Origin: Octopus vulgaris
Lineage: Eukaryota
Length of the DNA: 64,000 bases
Direction of reading: 5' to 3'
NCBI GenBank assembly: GCA_951406725.2
Contig: OX597824.1
Location: forward strand, 81,344,001-81,408,000
The position numbers and the translations under genes are program-made. Position 1 is the stretch's first letter. Each line of letters begins with the position of its first letter. Of the stretch, positions 28,750 to 41,966 are shown piece after piece. Below the pieces are notes generated by a model. It was not told where the DNA came from. It searched no databases and saw only the letters and a list, made by a program, of their open reading frames with translations.

Positions 28750-28960
28750 TTAAATTGCTAGGGTTTTCTAAAGATCTGGGCAGTATTTTTCAGCAGTCTT
28801 AAGGATTTCTCTAAAACATGGACCTCCTGGGATATTATCTAGATATTTCTGATACCTCTGTCTTATCATACTTAAGGTACCCACAATAACAGGAATACTT
28901 CTCGCTTAAAGACGCCAACATGTTTTATATTTCAATTTCCAGCACCTTATATTTACTTAT
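28750..28960 (-). pseudogene. R4/Dong-like 3' fragment
   Basis: KYKVLEIEI...SIPVIVGTLSMIRQRYQKYLDNIPG; homologous to the 46795-47034 ORF. Confidence 0.75.
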
Positions 28961-29230
28961 ATATAGCTTATCGGAAGGTGCTCGAAAAATAAGGGGTGTT
29001 ACCTTAGTTCACTGTTAGTGAACAGCTGATACTGTAGTACATCTCCAGCTTTAGAAGGTGTGTAAAGACAATAAGATAATAATGCTAATCCATGGAAGAA
29101 ATTTATAAATATTCTAATACATTGCTAAACATATGAAGTGTGGAAACGCGCGTAACGTTGCATTAAAATCTTTGTAAATCCCATTCATGGATTCTTCTTG
29201 TTCCTCTTCTTCTTCTTCTTCTTCTTCTTC

Positions 29231-29313
<83 letters not shown>

Positions 29314-29420
29314 GTCATCATATATATTTGTGTGGGTGTGCGTGTATGTATGTATGTATGTGTGTGTGTGTGTTTGCACGTATGCATATGTATGTATATG
29401 TAATTAGATAGATACATACA

Positions 29421-29453
<33 letters not shown>

Positions 29454-29821
29454 TTAATATCTAAAGTGAATGATGTATAAACAGATTACAATATATTCAC
29501 AAGATTTAAGAGCTGAAAAGTTTAGACAAACTTAAACTCCCATAAAACATTTCATTGCAGTAACCATTGATGCAATAAATTTGCCTGTGTCTACAGGATC
29601 GGTAATGTTATATTGGTTTTCATTGTTCATCTTTTACTGTTGACGAGATTCGTGACCCATCACATTCAAATGTATTAATTAGGCGCGTTAGTAATTTAAT
29701 TATATAAATGATGATTTACTCCAATGAAACTATTATCGAATAAAAATTACGAATCATATGTAAGAATTACCTTCTTCGGTTGTTTACTAATACACACACA
29801 GACATATACGTATGCATAAAT

Positions 29822-29860
<39 letters not shown>

Positions 29861-29900
29861 CATACATATATACATACATACATACATATATATATATGCA

Positions 29901-30057
29901 TAGGAGTTGGTGTGTTGTATGTAGTTTGCTTACCAACCACTTGGTTCCGGGTTCACTCCCACTGCGTGGTACCTTGAGCAAGTGTCTCCTACTATAGCCT
30001 CTGGCCGACAAAGCCTTGTGAGTGGATTTGATTGACGGAAACTGAAAGATGCCCGTC

Positions 30058-30129
<72 letters not shown>

Positions 30130-30366
30130 CTGTGTGTATGTGTCTGCGTGTCTGTGTTTGTCGCCTCCCCAACATCGCTTGACAACCGATGCTGGTGTGG
30201 TTACGTCCCCGTAACTTAGCGGTTCGGCAAAAGACCTCGATAGAATAAGCACTAGGCTTACAAAGAATAAGTTCTGTGGTCGGTTTGTTCGACTAAAGGC
30301 GGTGCTCCAGCATGGCCGCAGTCAAATGACTGAAACAAGTAAAAGAGTGAAAGAGTAAAAGAGAGT
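29901..30366 (+). mobile_element. SINE family A
   Basis: Head, CACCTTGGGCAAG-like core, long internal (TA)n, AAAGAGT tail. Confidence 0.92.
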
Positions 30367-30940
30367 ACTAACCACTAGACCATACGGAAATATAAGAAAA
30401 TATGCTCCCATCATAGACATTTGAATTTCGGGGTGCATCCAGGATCACATCATTTAATGTACTTTTTCATTATCCATGATAGTAAGTTGAGAATTGTGTG
30501 CATTTTGATTCTATTTCCTTTGTATAAAGCTGTGATGATTCTTTTCCTAGTTTATCCAAATATAGAGAGATAATGAGGTAGAGTATCGTTTACATCTAGG
30601 ATACGAAATAGTGCTTCTACTGTGTATATCTGCTCATCAACAACTTTTCTGGGGGACCGATGTAATTGTACTTGAGACAATCTATTGATAATAATTTTGG
30701 AACCATCTCAGCAGCATTATAAAAGCCCAGGCAAAGAAATTCATGGATCCCTAGAGTAATTATATATTGATAGTAATTTACACCATACATACATTAGCAT
30801 TAAATCACTAACACCGTGTTATCCCCAGGTGACCAACCTGTGTGCGAATATCTTAAGACAGCACTAATTTCAGTTTGGTTTTATACAAAATCATTCTTGA
30901 TTCAACAAGGGAGCTTCTATGTCGTAGATTGTTCTGCTAA

Positions 30941-31219
30941 AAAATACAGGTCTCAAATAGCAAAGTGATATCTTAAAAGAGATCCACTTTTTAAAATGTA
31001 CAGGTCTCAAATAGCAAAGTGATATCTTAAAAGAGATCCACTTTTTAAAATGTACAGGTCTCAAATAGCAAAGTGATATCTTAAAAGAGATCCACTTTTT
31101 AAAATGTACAGGTCTCAAATAGCAAAGTGATATCTTAAAAGAGATCCACTTTTTAAAATGTACAGGTCTCAAATAGCAAAGTGATATCTTAAAAGAGATC
31201 CACTTTAAAAAATGTACAG
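30941..31219. repeat. 54-bp minisatellite, 5 near-identical copies
   Basis: CAGGTCTCAAATAGCAAAGTGATATCTTAAAAGAGATCCACTTTTTAAAATGTA starting at 30947, 31001, 31055, 31109, 31163. Confidence 0.97.
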
Positions 31220-31996
31220 CTTTGATAAAATAATATAATAGAGGCAGCCTAATCTGGTTGATGAACTTTCGAGAATCGATCGGCTTCATCGAGGCTGACG
31301 TAAAGATTAAGAAAGAAACATGGTGTCTTAGCATAGGAAGTGATATTAATCTACTTGAAATTAGATTTGTCTGAATTTGTGTCTGTGTGTGAGTGTGTGG
31401 TTCGTGTAATTTTGTGGTAGTGGTGTTACGATTACGTTTAGAAATAGAGACATGAAATTAATTTTAAAACAATTTATTTACAATCTCACCATACCAGCGA
31501 GCGGAAAATCAAACATAAAATCCCGGTCCGGAAGAGAATACACACGCACGCGCGTACGCATGCGTAAGTGGACACAAAAGAAGAGATATATACACGTCTG
31601 TGATGTGATTATAAGGGGAGTATATACACATACATGCATGAATACATATATATATACGTGTCTGTTTGAAGGCGCGTAGACTCGTGGTTAAGTGTGTCGC
31701 ACTCGAGACCAAACGATTGTGTTTTCGATTCCCAATTCAAGAGACAAGTCTTCCGACCAAGGGAAATATATTGACCTATGCGCCCAGCCAGAAGTGAGGC
31801 ATCATTCGAAAGGTAAATCGATGCGAAGGGCAATGTAATAATCGATGTTAAACAACATCTAACAGACTGGTCGATCACGAGCTCATGTAATACACACACA
31901 CATATGCACACTCACACACACACACGTATATATATAAATACAAGTACCACGTGTGTACCGTTGGCGATTTTTTTCCTCTGTCTTTCCTTCTGCTAT

Positions 31997-32031
31997 GTTT
32001 CCGACGAAGAGCTCCGCTCGAAGCGTTAAAC
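31997..32031 (+). ncRNA. Degenerate minimal hammerhead motif in a short Penelope-end-like element (about 31945-32130)
   Basis: GTTT-CCGACGA-A-GAGCtccGCTC-GAAG-C-GTT-AAAC; stems I and II perfect, three core substitutions. Confidence 0.6.
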
Positions 32032-32124
32032 CCTCCTTTCCTTCTTTCCTGAGCGTCCAATAATACTATATTTGTTCCACGTCCTCGCGTTGTCGTGTTT
32101 TTTTGTGCTTTCATGTTTGGATTA

Positions 32125-32171
<47 letters not shown>

Positions 32172-32198
32172 GTATGTATGTATGGATCTATCTATGTC

Positions 32199-32251
<53 letters not shown>

Positions 32252-32256
32252 TTATC

Positions 32257-32332
<76 letters not shown>

Positions 32333-32526
32333 AGAGTGTGTGTATATATATATAAATATATATATACATGTATGTATGTATTTATCTATCTACATAAGAG
32401 AATATATATAAACATAGCCATTTACGAATGGGTAGCTTCCTTGGTGCCTTCCTATATGTAAGTATACTTCAACCATACTTACAAGCAGAGAGACATAACT
32501 GCATTACTAAGATGGCGTATATATAC

Positions 32527-32568
<42 letters not shown>

Positions 32569-32697
32569 TCGTGTGTGCGTGTGTATGCCTGTGTCTGTCT
32601 GTGTCTCTGTGTGTGTGTATGTGAGTAGTTTGTATAAGTATATGTGTAGCTGCGTAAACAAAGTGTGAATATATACATTAGAAATGTTCATATATGG

Positions 32698-32743
<46 letters not shown>

Positions 32744-32808
32744 CATACGTACATGCATACATACGTTTAAATATATATATATACATACATATATATATAT
32801 ATATATAC

Positions 32809-32864
<56 letters not shown>

Positions 32865-33595
32865 TATATATATATATGTATATATGTATGATTAACTGTG
32901 TGTATATGTGCATGAATGTTTGCCCAAACATAATCGTATTCCAGCATATATACTAGCGCATCGCTACACATACAAAACTTAAAACATGGACACATATATA
33001 AACAAATGTATACCTATATTCCTACATCAATGCATACAAATGCACATACATATACACTTAAGCATATATATATATATATATATAAGCACATATATATACA
33101 TCGTCACACGCGCATACATAAAGACATATACAAAAAAAACATACATACACACACATATATATTTATATACATACATGTATGTATGCATAGGTATATATAA
33201 ACACTAATTCATTTATATTACGCATCTATACACATATATACACATGTAGATGAAAGCCAATCAAAGAACTATGAAATCTCACGGAGCTCAAGTAAAATAT
33301 AGCGAATACTTTCTTATCTAATTCACAGAGATCGAACGAAATATTTCCGGTTTAGCAAGAATAGGAAATGCCCGGACTATTCAATGGAATGGCTTCTTTG
33401 GCCGATTTCCAAGTCGTTCACGCTGGAACGAACGACGGTGCACAGTACGGCATTCGATTAGTGGTATGTTGGAAGTCGTACAAACATATATTCATTCAGA
33501 TACAAACATATACACACATATATACATATACAGGTTACAGATATACGAAAAAAAAATTATATACGCTAACAAGTATATGTGCATTTATGCGGGTG

Positions 33596-33655
<60 letters not shown>

Positions 33656-33656
33656 C

Positions 33657-33781
<125 letters not shown>

Positions 33782-34348
33782 TATATAGATATGTATATAT
33801 ATATGTAGATATATATATATATATGCATACATATGTACACATATTTATACATAGGTGTATATACATTATATACACACACAAATAGCATATGCACATAAAC
33901 ACTCACATACATATATATGCGTGTATGTATATGTGTATATGTGAGTGTAGATATTTGCGTGTGGTGCGTGTGTGTATGTGTGTGTGTATGTGTGTATACA
34001 TATGTTTGTATAAGTGTGTGTTTATATTTTTTAAAGAACACTATGTACAAATCTTGGAATTAAGAGAGATTAAGTGAATCAGTGGGGAATAGGGGCTGGG
34101 GGGGAAAGAGCTAAAGAGAGAGAAACAAAGAAAGAAAGAAAGAAAGAAAGAAAGAGGGAGAACAAGGGAGAGAAAGACAGAGAGATGGGGAAGGAGGGCA
34201 TCGGAGAAAGAGAGAGAGACAGAAAAGTTGAAAAACAAAATGAGGTCAGAGCGTGAGGTAGAAATAAGTTATATGGCTGAAAGGAAATTGGAAAAATGGG
34301 GACATAACTACTCAATAATTGAAAGTTTACTACTAGAAATGTACATAC

Positions 34349-34391
<43 letters not shown>

Positions 34392-34594
34392 CATATATAT
34401 ATATGTATATATTGGCACATACACAAGCTTGCGCATACACACATATATAGGCATCTGTATACATGTATGTATGCGTGTATATATATTTGTGTCTGTGTGT
34501 GTGAGTGCATGTGTGTTTATATACATATATATATATGTATTCATCCATACCTGGATATATACGTATATATATATATAAATATATATATGTACAC

Positions 34595-34672
<78 letters not shown>

Positions 34673-34721
34673 TTATGTGTATGTATATATATATATATTC
34701 TCATATTTATATATATGTACA

Positions 34722-34783
<62 letters not shown>

Positions 34784-34849
34784 ATATTAATTTCTAGTAC
34801 AACTACTGTGATCATCTCTTAGAGAAATTTTAGAACTAGCTTTTTAGCT

Positions 34850-34888
<39 letters not shown>

Positions 34889-34976
34889 ATGTCTGGGTGT
34901 GTATGTGTGTATGAATTTATTATATATATGTATATATATATAGATAGATATATACATGTGTATGTATAAGCACGTG

Positions 34977-35053
<77 letters not shown>

Positions 35054-35270
35054 CACATAGGTATATATATATGTACGCATATTTTGCGTATGTATGCATG
35101 GGAATAATTCATATATATCTGTGTGTGTATACGATGTATGCAAAATCACATACAAATATATGTATGTGTGTGTGAAACAGATAACAAAATAAGGAAAGAA
35201 ATTAAAAGTTGGAAGAAAGCATGCTGATGGAAGGGCAGTAGAAGTAGCAGCAGCAGCATCAGGGGTAGTG

Positions 35271-35321
<51 letters not shown>

Positions 35322-35647
35322 GTAGTAGTAGTAGTAGATGAAGAAGAAGAAGGACAAAAAAAGAAGAAATACTACAACAACAAGATTGCGGCTGTTTCTG
35401 GCAGATCAAGTGATCACTTAGGAATTTCTTTTTCGCTCAAAGAGGACCCCTAATATATAAAATAGATCAGCTCTGTAGAAAGGATTGTTTGAGAAATACA
35501 GGTGTGCAGCTGAGTTTGAAGGTAGAGGACGTCATGTGATACTGATACTTACACACACAAACATATTACTCTCTCAACCACACACCCATGTATGCACACA
35601 TATATGTATATACGTATTTATGCATCTATAGATGTTTATATATATAC

Positions 35648-35682
<35 letters not shown>

Positions 35683-35838
35683 CATACACACACGAGCGCG
35701 CGTATGCACACGCACACACACATATATGTATATGTATACGTACGTACCTCTCAAGCTCTTTATCAATCTATCAATACACACACACATATTAATACATACA
35801 CATTTATATATACATACAAACATACATACATACACACA

Positions 35839-35964
<126 letters not shown>

Positions 35965-36141
35965 TAGAGAGAATAAACCAAATTTACAGGCAAGATAGTA
36001 AATCGAATTTTATAGTAATTTTTAGTTTTTTTTTATTATACATAGAATAAACTTTAATGAATTATATGTTTTCCGTTTTTGTTCGATGAACTTTCGCCAT
36101 ATCTCTGACAATTTCATGATTCCGCGCTATCATTTATATAT

Positions 36142-36199
<58 letters not shown>

Positions 36200-36205
<6 letters not shown>

Positions 36206-37456
36206 GGCAAGATAGTAATTTTGGTTTTTCAATGTGAAATAGAAGTAATTTCTTTGTTTTTTTTATTATACATAGAATAAACTTTAATGAATTATATATT
36301 TTCCGTTTTGTTCGATGAACTTTCGCCATATCTCTTACAATTTCATAATTCCGCGCTAATATCATTCCTGGCCCTTATCGACCAAAAACTGAAGCAAGTG
36401 CGATTTCAGGTCATAATTATTATTCAAAGTTTTGCCATTCAAAGAATTTTGCAAACTTCGAAATAAATGGTAATCTGTTGATGCAAGCTCAGGGCTATAT
36501 ATTGGATCGGACATCATTTCCCAACCAAGCTCCAATAATTTTTCACTAGTTAACAAAGATGTGTGTGATCTAGCGTTGTCATGGTGGAACACGATTCTTT
36601 TACGATTTGCTTATTCTGGCCGGCCACTTTTTTTTTATTGTTTCCACCAGTTTCATTGGTTGTTGACAGTAGACATCTGAATTCATCGTATGGTTCCTTG
36701 GAAGCAGCTCAAAATATACAACACCACCTTTGTAATCCCAACAAATTGAGAGTATGACCTTATTTTTGATGCAATTCAGCTTTCGATTTGATTTGTGCTG
36801 GTTGATTATGCTTGGACCATGACAGTTTTCGATTGATGTTATCGTAGACAATCCGTTTTTCATCACTAGTGATGACTTGTTTCAAAATAAGGTGAATTTC
36901 ATGCGTTTGAGAAAAAAATTCGCAAATATTGATTCGTTGTGTTAAGTGAATCTCTTTCAATTTATATGGAATCCAAATATAGAGTTTCTTAATGAGTCTA
37001 CAACATTTTAAGTGTTTTCCACTTGTTGAGTGTAGTGCATTGAACATGTCTGCAATCTCTTGCACAGCTATGGCTTTGATTCGGTCATCATCAACTTCAG
37101 CTGGTTATCTCTGAGTGAAAGATTTCCAGAATGGAATTTTTTAAACCATTTCTTGAATGTGCGTACTGATAAGCACTCAACACCATACACTTCATATATC
37201 TCTTAGTGAGCCTCAGCAGCTTTCTTGCATTTACAGGAATGAAAAAAGCAAAATATGGCGAAAATGATCGTTTTTGCACTCCGAGTTAAAATTGAACTGA
37301 ACTAACAGCTGTAAACAAGATTACATCCAATTTGCTTCTTAAGTAAGCTAAACGTAACAGCTATCAAATTTCCATAGGAACAACTCATAATCTTGAGATA
37401 AAAGTAATTCTAAAAAAATCGTAACTCTGTGAAAAACGATATTACTTTCTTGCCAT

Positions 37457-37462
<6 letters not shown>
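36200..37462 (-). mobile_element. Decayed full-length mariner (D,D34D; mellifera-like)
   Basis: WIPYKL (WVPHEL motif), TSDEKRI, HHDNARSH-x-YSPELASTDYHLF with 34-aa spacing; TIRs GCTGGCAAGATAGTAAT.. / ATTACTTTCTTGCCATCCCTA; several frameshifts. Confidence 0.93.
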
Positions 37463-37512
<50 letters not shown>

Positions 37513-37683
37513 GTATGTGTATATATATATATATAATTTTTTTCATTTAAATAATGAGGGAGATAAATTGAATATTAATCTAATTAATATCAATCTATAA
37601 CCAGTAACCTAGCATACAAAAATCTGAACAATCAGAGAAAATTCTAATACATGTGTATAGAATTACTTGCCCTCCAAATATAC

Positions 37684-37788
<105 letters not shown>

Positions 37789-37816
37789 TATATAATCTTG
37801 TATATATGTAATCTTG

Positions 37817-37854
<38 letters not shown>

Positions 37855-38446
37855 AGATTACGTCCTATATTTATATATATATATATTTATATACACAAGA
37901 TAACACTTCCAATCAGTTAAGATCAGAAGCCATGATAGTCTCTGACTGGTATTGCAACAGGTCTACCATCAATAAGGCGGTGGGCCGGACGAAATGCTTC
38001 GTGGTATATTTTTCCAGCTTTTCATTCTATGATCAATTGTCTGCGAAGTCAACAATTGTCCGGAAAGTTCCGATGAGTGACAGAATTACTTCCCCGAAAG
38101 TTCCGAGGAAAATAAACCGTCGTTGACTGTCAGACAGAACTACTTGATGAGGTTTGTCTAGACACGAACAATCGTGTTTGGAAGTGCCTCGCCTATTAAT
38201 AGAAGTATATGATTGGAAAACGAAATAAAACAAAAAATCATTGAATGAAAGAAGCTCCTTTGAAAAAAGTACAAAAATTATATTCCTCAGAATGGCTTTT
38301 CTCAGTCAGTGTTATTTCAGACATAGACTTGTGTTAACGAATGCTTCTCGACACAGACATGTATTACTGCTTAGCCATTGTCTTGATATATCCCAGATAT
38401 CAGACAATATACTTTGAATATCCTCTAATCTTACCTTGACAACATT

Positions 38447-38843
38447 CATCGCCAAACGAGATCGATAAAATAATTTAGCGGTTCGCCAAAGGAGATCGAT
38501 GAAATAACTTAGCGGTTCGCCAATCGAGATCGATACATTAACTTAGCGATTCACCAAATGTGATCAATTAAATAACTTAGCGGTTCGCGAAAGGAGATCG
38601 ATAAAATAATTTAGCGGTTCACCAATCGAGATCGATAAAATAACTTAGCGGTTCGCCAATCGAGGTCGATAAAATAACGGTTCGCCAAATATGATCGATA
38701 AAATATCTTAGCGGTTCGCCAAAGGAGGCCGATAAAATATCCTAGCGGTTTGCCAAACGGGATCGATAAAATAAAGTAGCGGTTCGCCAAAGAAGATCGA
38801 TAAAATAATTTAGCGGTTCGCCAAAGGAGATCGATATATATAA
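38447..38843 (+). repeat. 34-bp minisatellite, about 12 diverged copies, derived from SINE family A
   Basis: Unit TAACTTAGCGGTTCGCCAAAGGAGATCGATAAAA vs SINE A TAACTTAGCGGTTCGGCAAAAGAGACC(G/T)ATAGAA. Confidence 0.92.
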
Positions 38844-39885
38844 TTTGTCTTTATAGACGGACAGTCAAATTTATCTACGTAATTAGCATTCTGCTATAAG
38901 TAAAAGCTAAAAATGCTATTTTTGCAGGTTTCATTCAGGTATCGAAAAATTTATCGCGTCACGTTTTACCAAACTAAGCGAATTCGCCATATTTGTAGAA
39001 AACTCTTACAGAATCTAACTACATTCAATATGAATATCAGTAAGGGCGGAGAAAATGAGAGAAAGACACACTGCAAATTATATTAGTAAATTATATTTCA
39101 TCGAGCAAGCAAGAAGTTCTGCTTTGCTCTATTATACTTGATGCACAACAAACAACACAGACAATAAACAAAACACGATAGTTACGGCGGCAAAAGCCTT
39201 CTTTGATCATAGGTATGATGCATCATGACTTCCCTGGGGCTAAACAAGAACATGAAGTGACAAGATTTACAACATTCTGTTGGCGTTAATTATGTATCTC
39301 TATATTTATTACAATTATTATTATTATTTTCTTTCTTTTTTTTTTCTTGCTGTCATTCCTGAGACTTCCGATTAAATGTCAAGTTATACTTCTCCTCATT
39401 TCCGGTATGCCACTATGCTGGTTCATCTAAGCAATTTTGTAGCCATTTTGATAACTGAAGAGATAGGATTCATGCGCCTGCGCACTGGAGATAACGATAG
39501 CAATTTTCAAGTGGCCATGCTTGTTGTTTTGTTCTAATCTCTCTCTATCTCTCTCTTTCTCTTTCGTTTTCTCTCTTTCTCATTATTTCTTTGTTTTACT
39601 TGAATGTCACTTCATCTTGGCTTAATACACACACACACACACACTCTCTCTCTCTCTTTCTCACACACACACATACACACGCACGGACACATACTCGCTA
39701 TAAAGTGTACGTATGTAACTATATATGTATATGTGTGTTTGTGCATGCGTATACATATTTTCATATGTGTGTGTGTGAGAGTGTTTCTGTATGTCTGTGT
39801 ACATGTACGTATGAATGTAAGCATGTATATGTATGGATATTCGGGTTTGTACGTTTCTGTTCATTGGTAGGTAAAATTTTAACCT

Positions 39886-40295
39886 ATTTCTTTACTACCC
39901 ACAAGGAACTAAACACAGAGAGGACAAACAAGGACAGTCGAACGGATTAAGTCGATTATATCGACCTCAGTGCGTAACTCGTACTTAATTTATCGACCCC
40001 GAAAGGCAAAGTCGACCTCTGCGGAATTTGAACTCAGAACGTAGCAGCAGACGAAATACTTATTTCTTTACTACCCACAAGGAACTAAACACATAGAGGA
40101 GACAAACAAGGACAGTCGAACGGATTAAGTCGATTATATCGACCTCAGTGCGTAACTCGTACTTAATTTATCGACCCCGAAAAGATTAAAGGCAAAGTCG
40201 ACCTCGGCGGAATTTGAACTCAGAACGTAGCGGCAGATGAAATACGGCTAAGCATTTCGCCCGGCGTGCTAACGTTTCTACCAGCTCGCCGCCTT
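39886..40295 (-). mobile_element. SINE family B dimer inside one TSD
   Basis: 15-bp TSD GTAAAATTTTAACCT at 39871-39885 and 40296-40310; internal junction at 40060/61. Confidence 0.92.
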
Positions 40296-40419
40296 GTAAA
40301 ATTTTAACCTTTTAAACAATATACACACGTTACTTCCTTTTCCTCTAGCCGTGTATTTATCTAACTCTATTTCTTTCTCGAGACGTGCGTTTATATATAT
40401 ATTCATATGTATGTATGGT

Positions 40420-40530
40420 GGAGGCGCAATGGCCCAGTGGTTAGGGCAGCGGACTCGCGGTCGGAGGACCGCGGTTTCGACTCCCAGACCGGGCGTTGTG
40501 TGTGTTTATTGAGCGAAAACACCTAAAAGC
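40420..40530 (+). mobile_element. SINE family C head (tRNA-Arg-like)
   Basis: GGAGGCGCAATGGCCCAGTGGTTAGGGCAGCGGACTCGCGGTC...GGTTTCGACTCCC. Confidence 0.85.
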
Positions 40531-40616
40531 TCAAGTGGATGGGACTAGACAGAGGAAACTGTACGGAAGCACGTTAGATGTATTATTGTTATGATTCATA
40601 CCCAAACTTTATCAAA

Positions 40617-41035
40617 GGCGTAGTAGTTGATGTGTGGTAAGTAGCTTGCTTACCAACTATATAGTTGCGGGTTCAGTCCCACTGCGTGGCACCTTGGGCA
40701 AGTGTCTTCTACTAAAACCTCAGGCCGACCAAAGCCTTGTGAGCGGATTTGGTAGACGGAAACTGAAAGAAGCACGTCGTATATATGTATATGTATATAT
40801 ATGTGTGTGTGTGTGTATATGTTTGTGTGTCTGTGTTTGTTCTCCCCCAACATCGCTTGACAGCCGATGCTGGTGTGTTTACGTCCCCATAACTTAGCGG
40901 TTCGGCAAAAGAGACCTATAGAATAAGTACTAAGCTTACAAAGAATAAGTCCTGGGGTCGATTTGGTCGACTGAAGGCGGTGCCCCAGCATGGCCACAGT
41001 CAAATGAGAGAAACAAGGAAAAGAGTAAAAGAGTA
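40617..41035 (+). mobile_element. SINE family A
   Basis: Colinear with the other family A copies. Confidence 0.92.
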
Positions 41036-41479
41036 AACCAAAACGGAAACTTAAGGGATTAGTTTGTAGTTTTTTTTAAGGATTTCTACAGGAGAAAGCA
41101 CGCATCTATGCAAAATTTACTCACGTAAAACTTTATCCAAGTTGTTCAGTTGGTCGAACGACTGGAATTACCATCAACGACAACGACGGAGATCCCTTCT
41201 TCTTTCACGTTATTACATTCCATCCACGACGCTTTCTAACTTTAGCGATTATAGACCGGAAATGAATCGAAGTCTTATTGCCATATAAAAGATGCTAAAA
41301 GCTCAGAGCTAAAGAGTATCTGAAACCTAAATGAGAATGGATCAAAATCGAACCTTTGGCTATAAAATATCGAAATTTTATCACTGAAGCGGAAATATTA
41401 GAGGTGTCCACGAACGGCCATAAAATGGTTTGTGGCCGGCTTTCTGGCCTGCTGGGTGTCTGGCTGGTTCGTTCGTTCG

Positions 41480-41930
41480 TTGGTTTAGTGGTAATGATGT
41501 TGATGATAGCGGGAATGATAAAACTGTTGTTGTTATTGTTATTAGTTGTGGTGGTGGTTGTGGTGGTTGTGGTGGTGGTTCTGGCGTTGATGCTGTTTGT
41601 CATTGTTGTTGTACTGCTGCTGCTGATGATGATGGTCGGGGGATCCTGGTGCTGGGTGTGTTGGAAAAGTAATGGTCGTTGCGGTGGTGGCGTTTGTGCT
41701 AATGGTGATTACCCTGGTTGTGATAGCAGTGTAACGGAGGTAGTTATAGTGGTGGTGGTGATGGTGGTAGTAGTGGTGGTAGTGGTGGCGGTGGTGGTGG
41801 TGGTGGCAGAAGCAGTGTTTGCTGAGTTGGCTGAGATTGGTGTGTTAGTCGTGGTGGTGGTGGTGGTTGTTCCGGTACTGTTGTTAAAAACGCTGACGTA
41901 AGTTAGTGGTAATTATAGTGGCAGTGAAGC

Positions 41931-41966
<36 letters not shown>

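Noticed and set aside
30891-31334. 147-aa ORF with an 18-aa repeat
   Set aside because: Explained by a stop-free frame of the 54-bp minisatellite
38447-38843. CRISPR-like periodicity (also 30941-31219)
   Set aside because: Contiguous tandem units with no unique spacers, no cas genes, eukaryotic context
41356-41901. Hydrophobic multi-TM-looking ORF
   Set aside because: Product of degenerate GTN repeats
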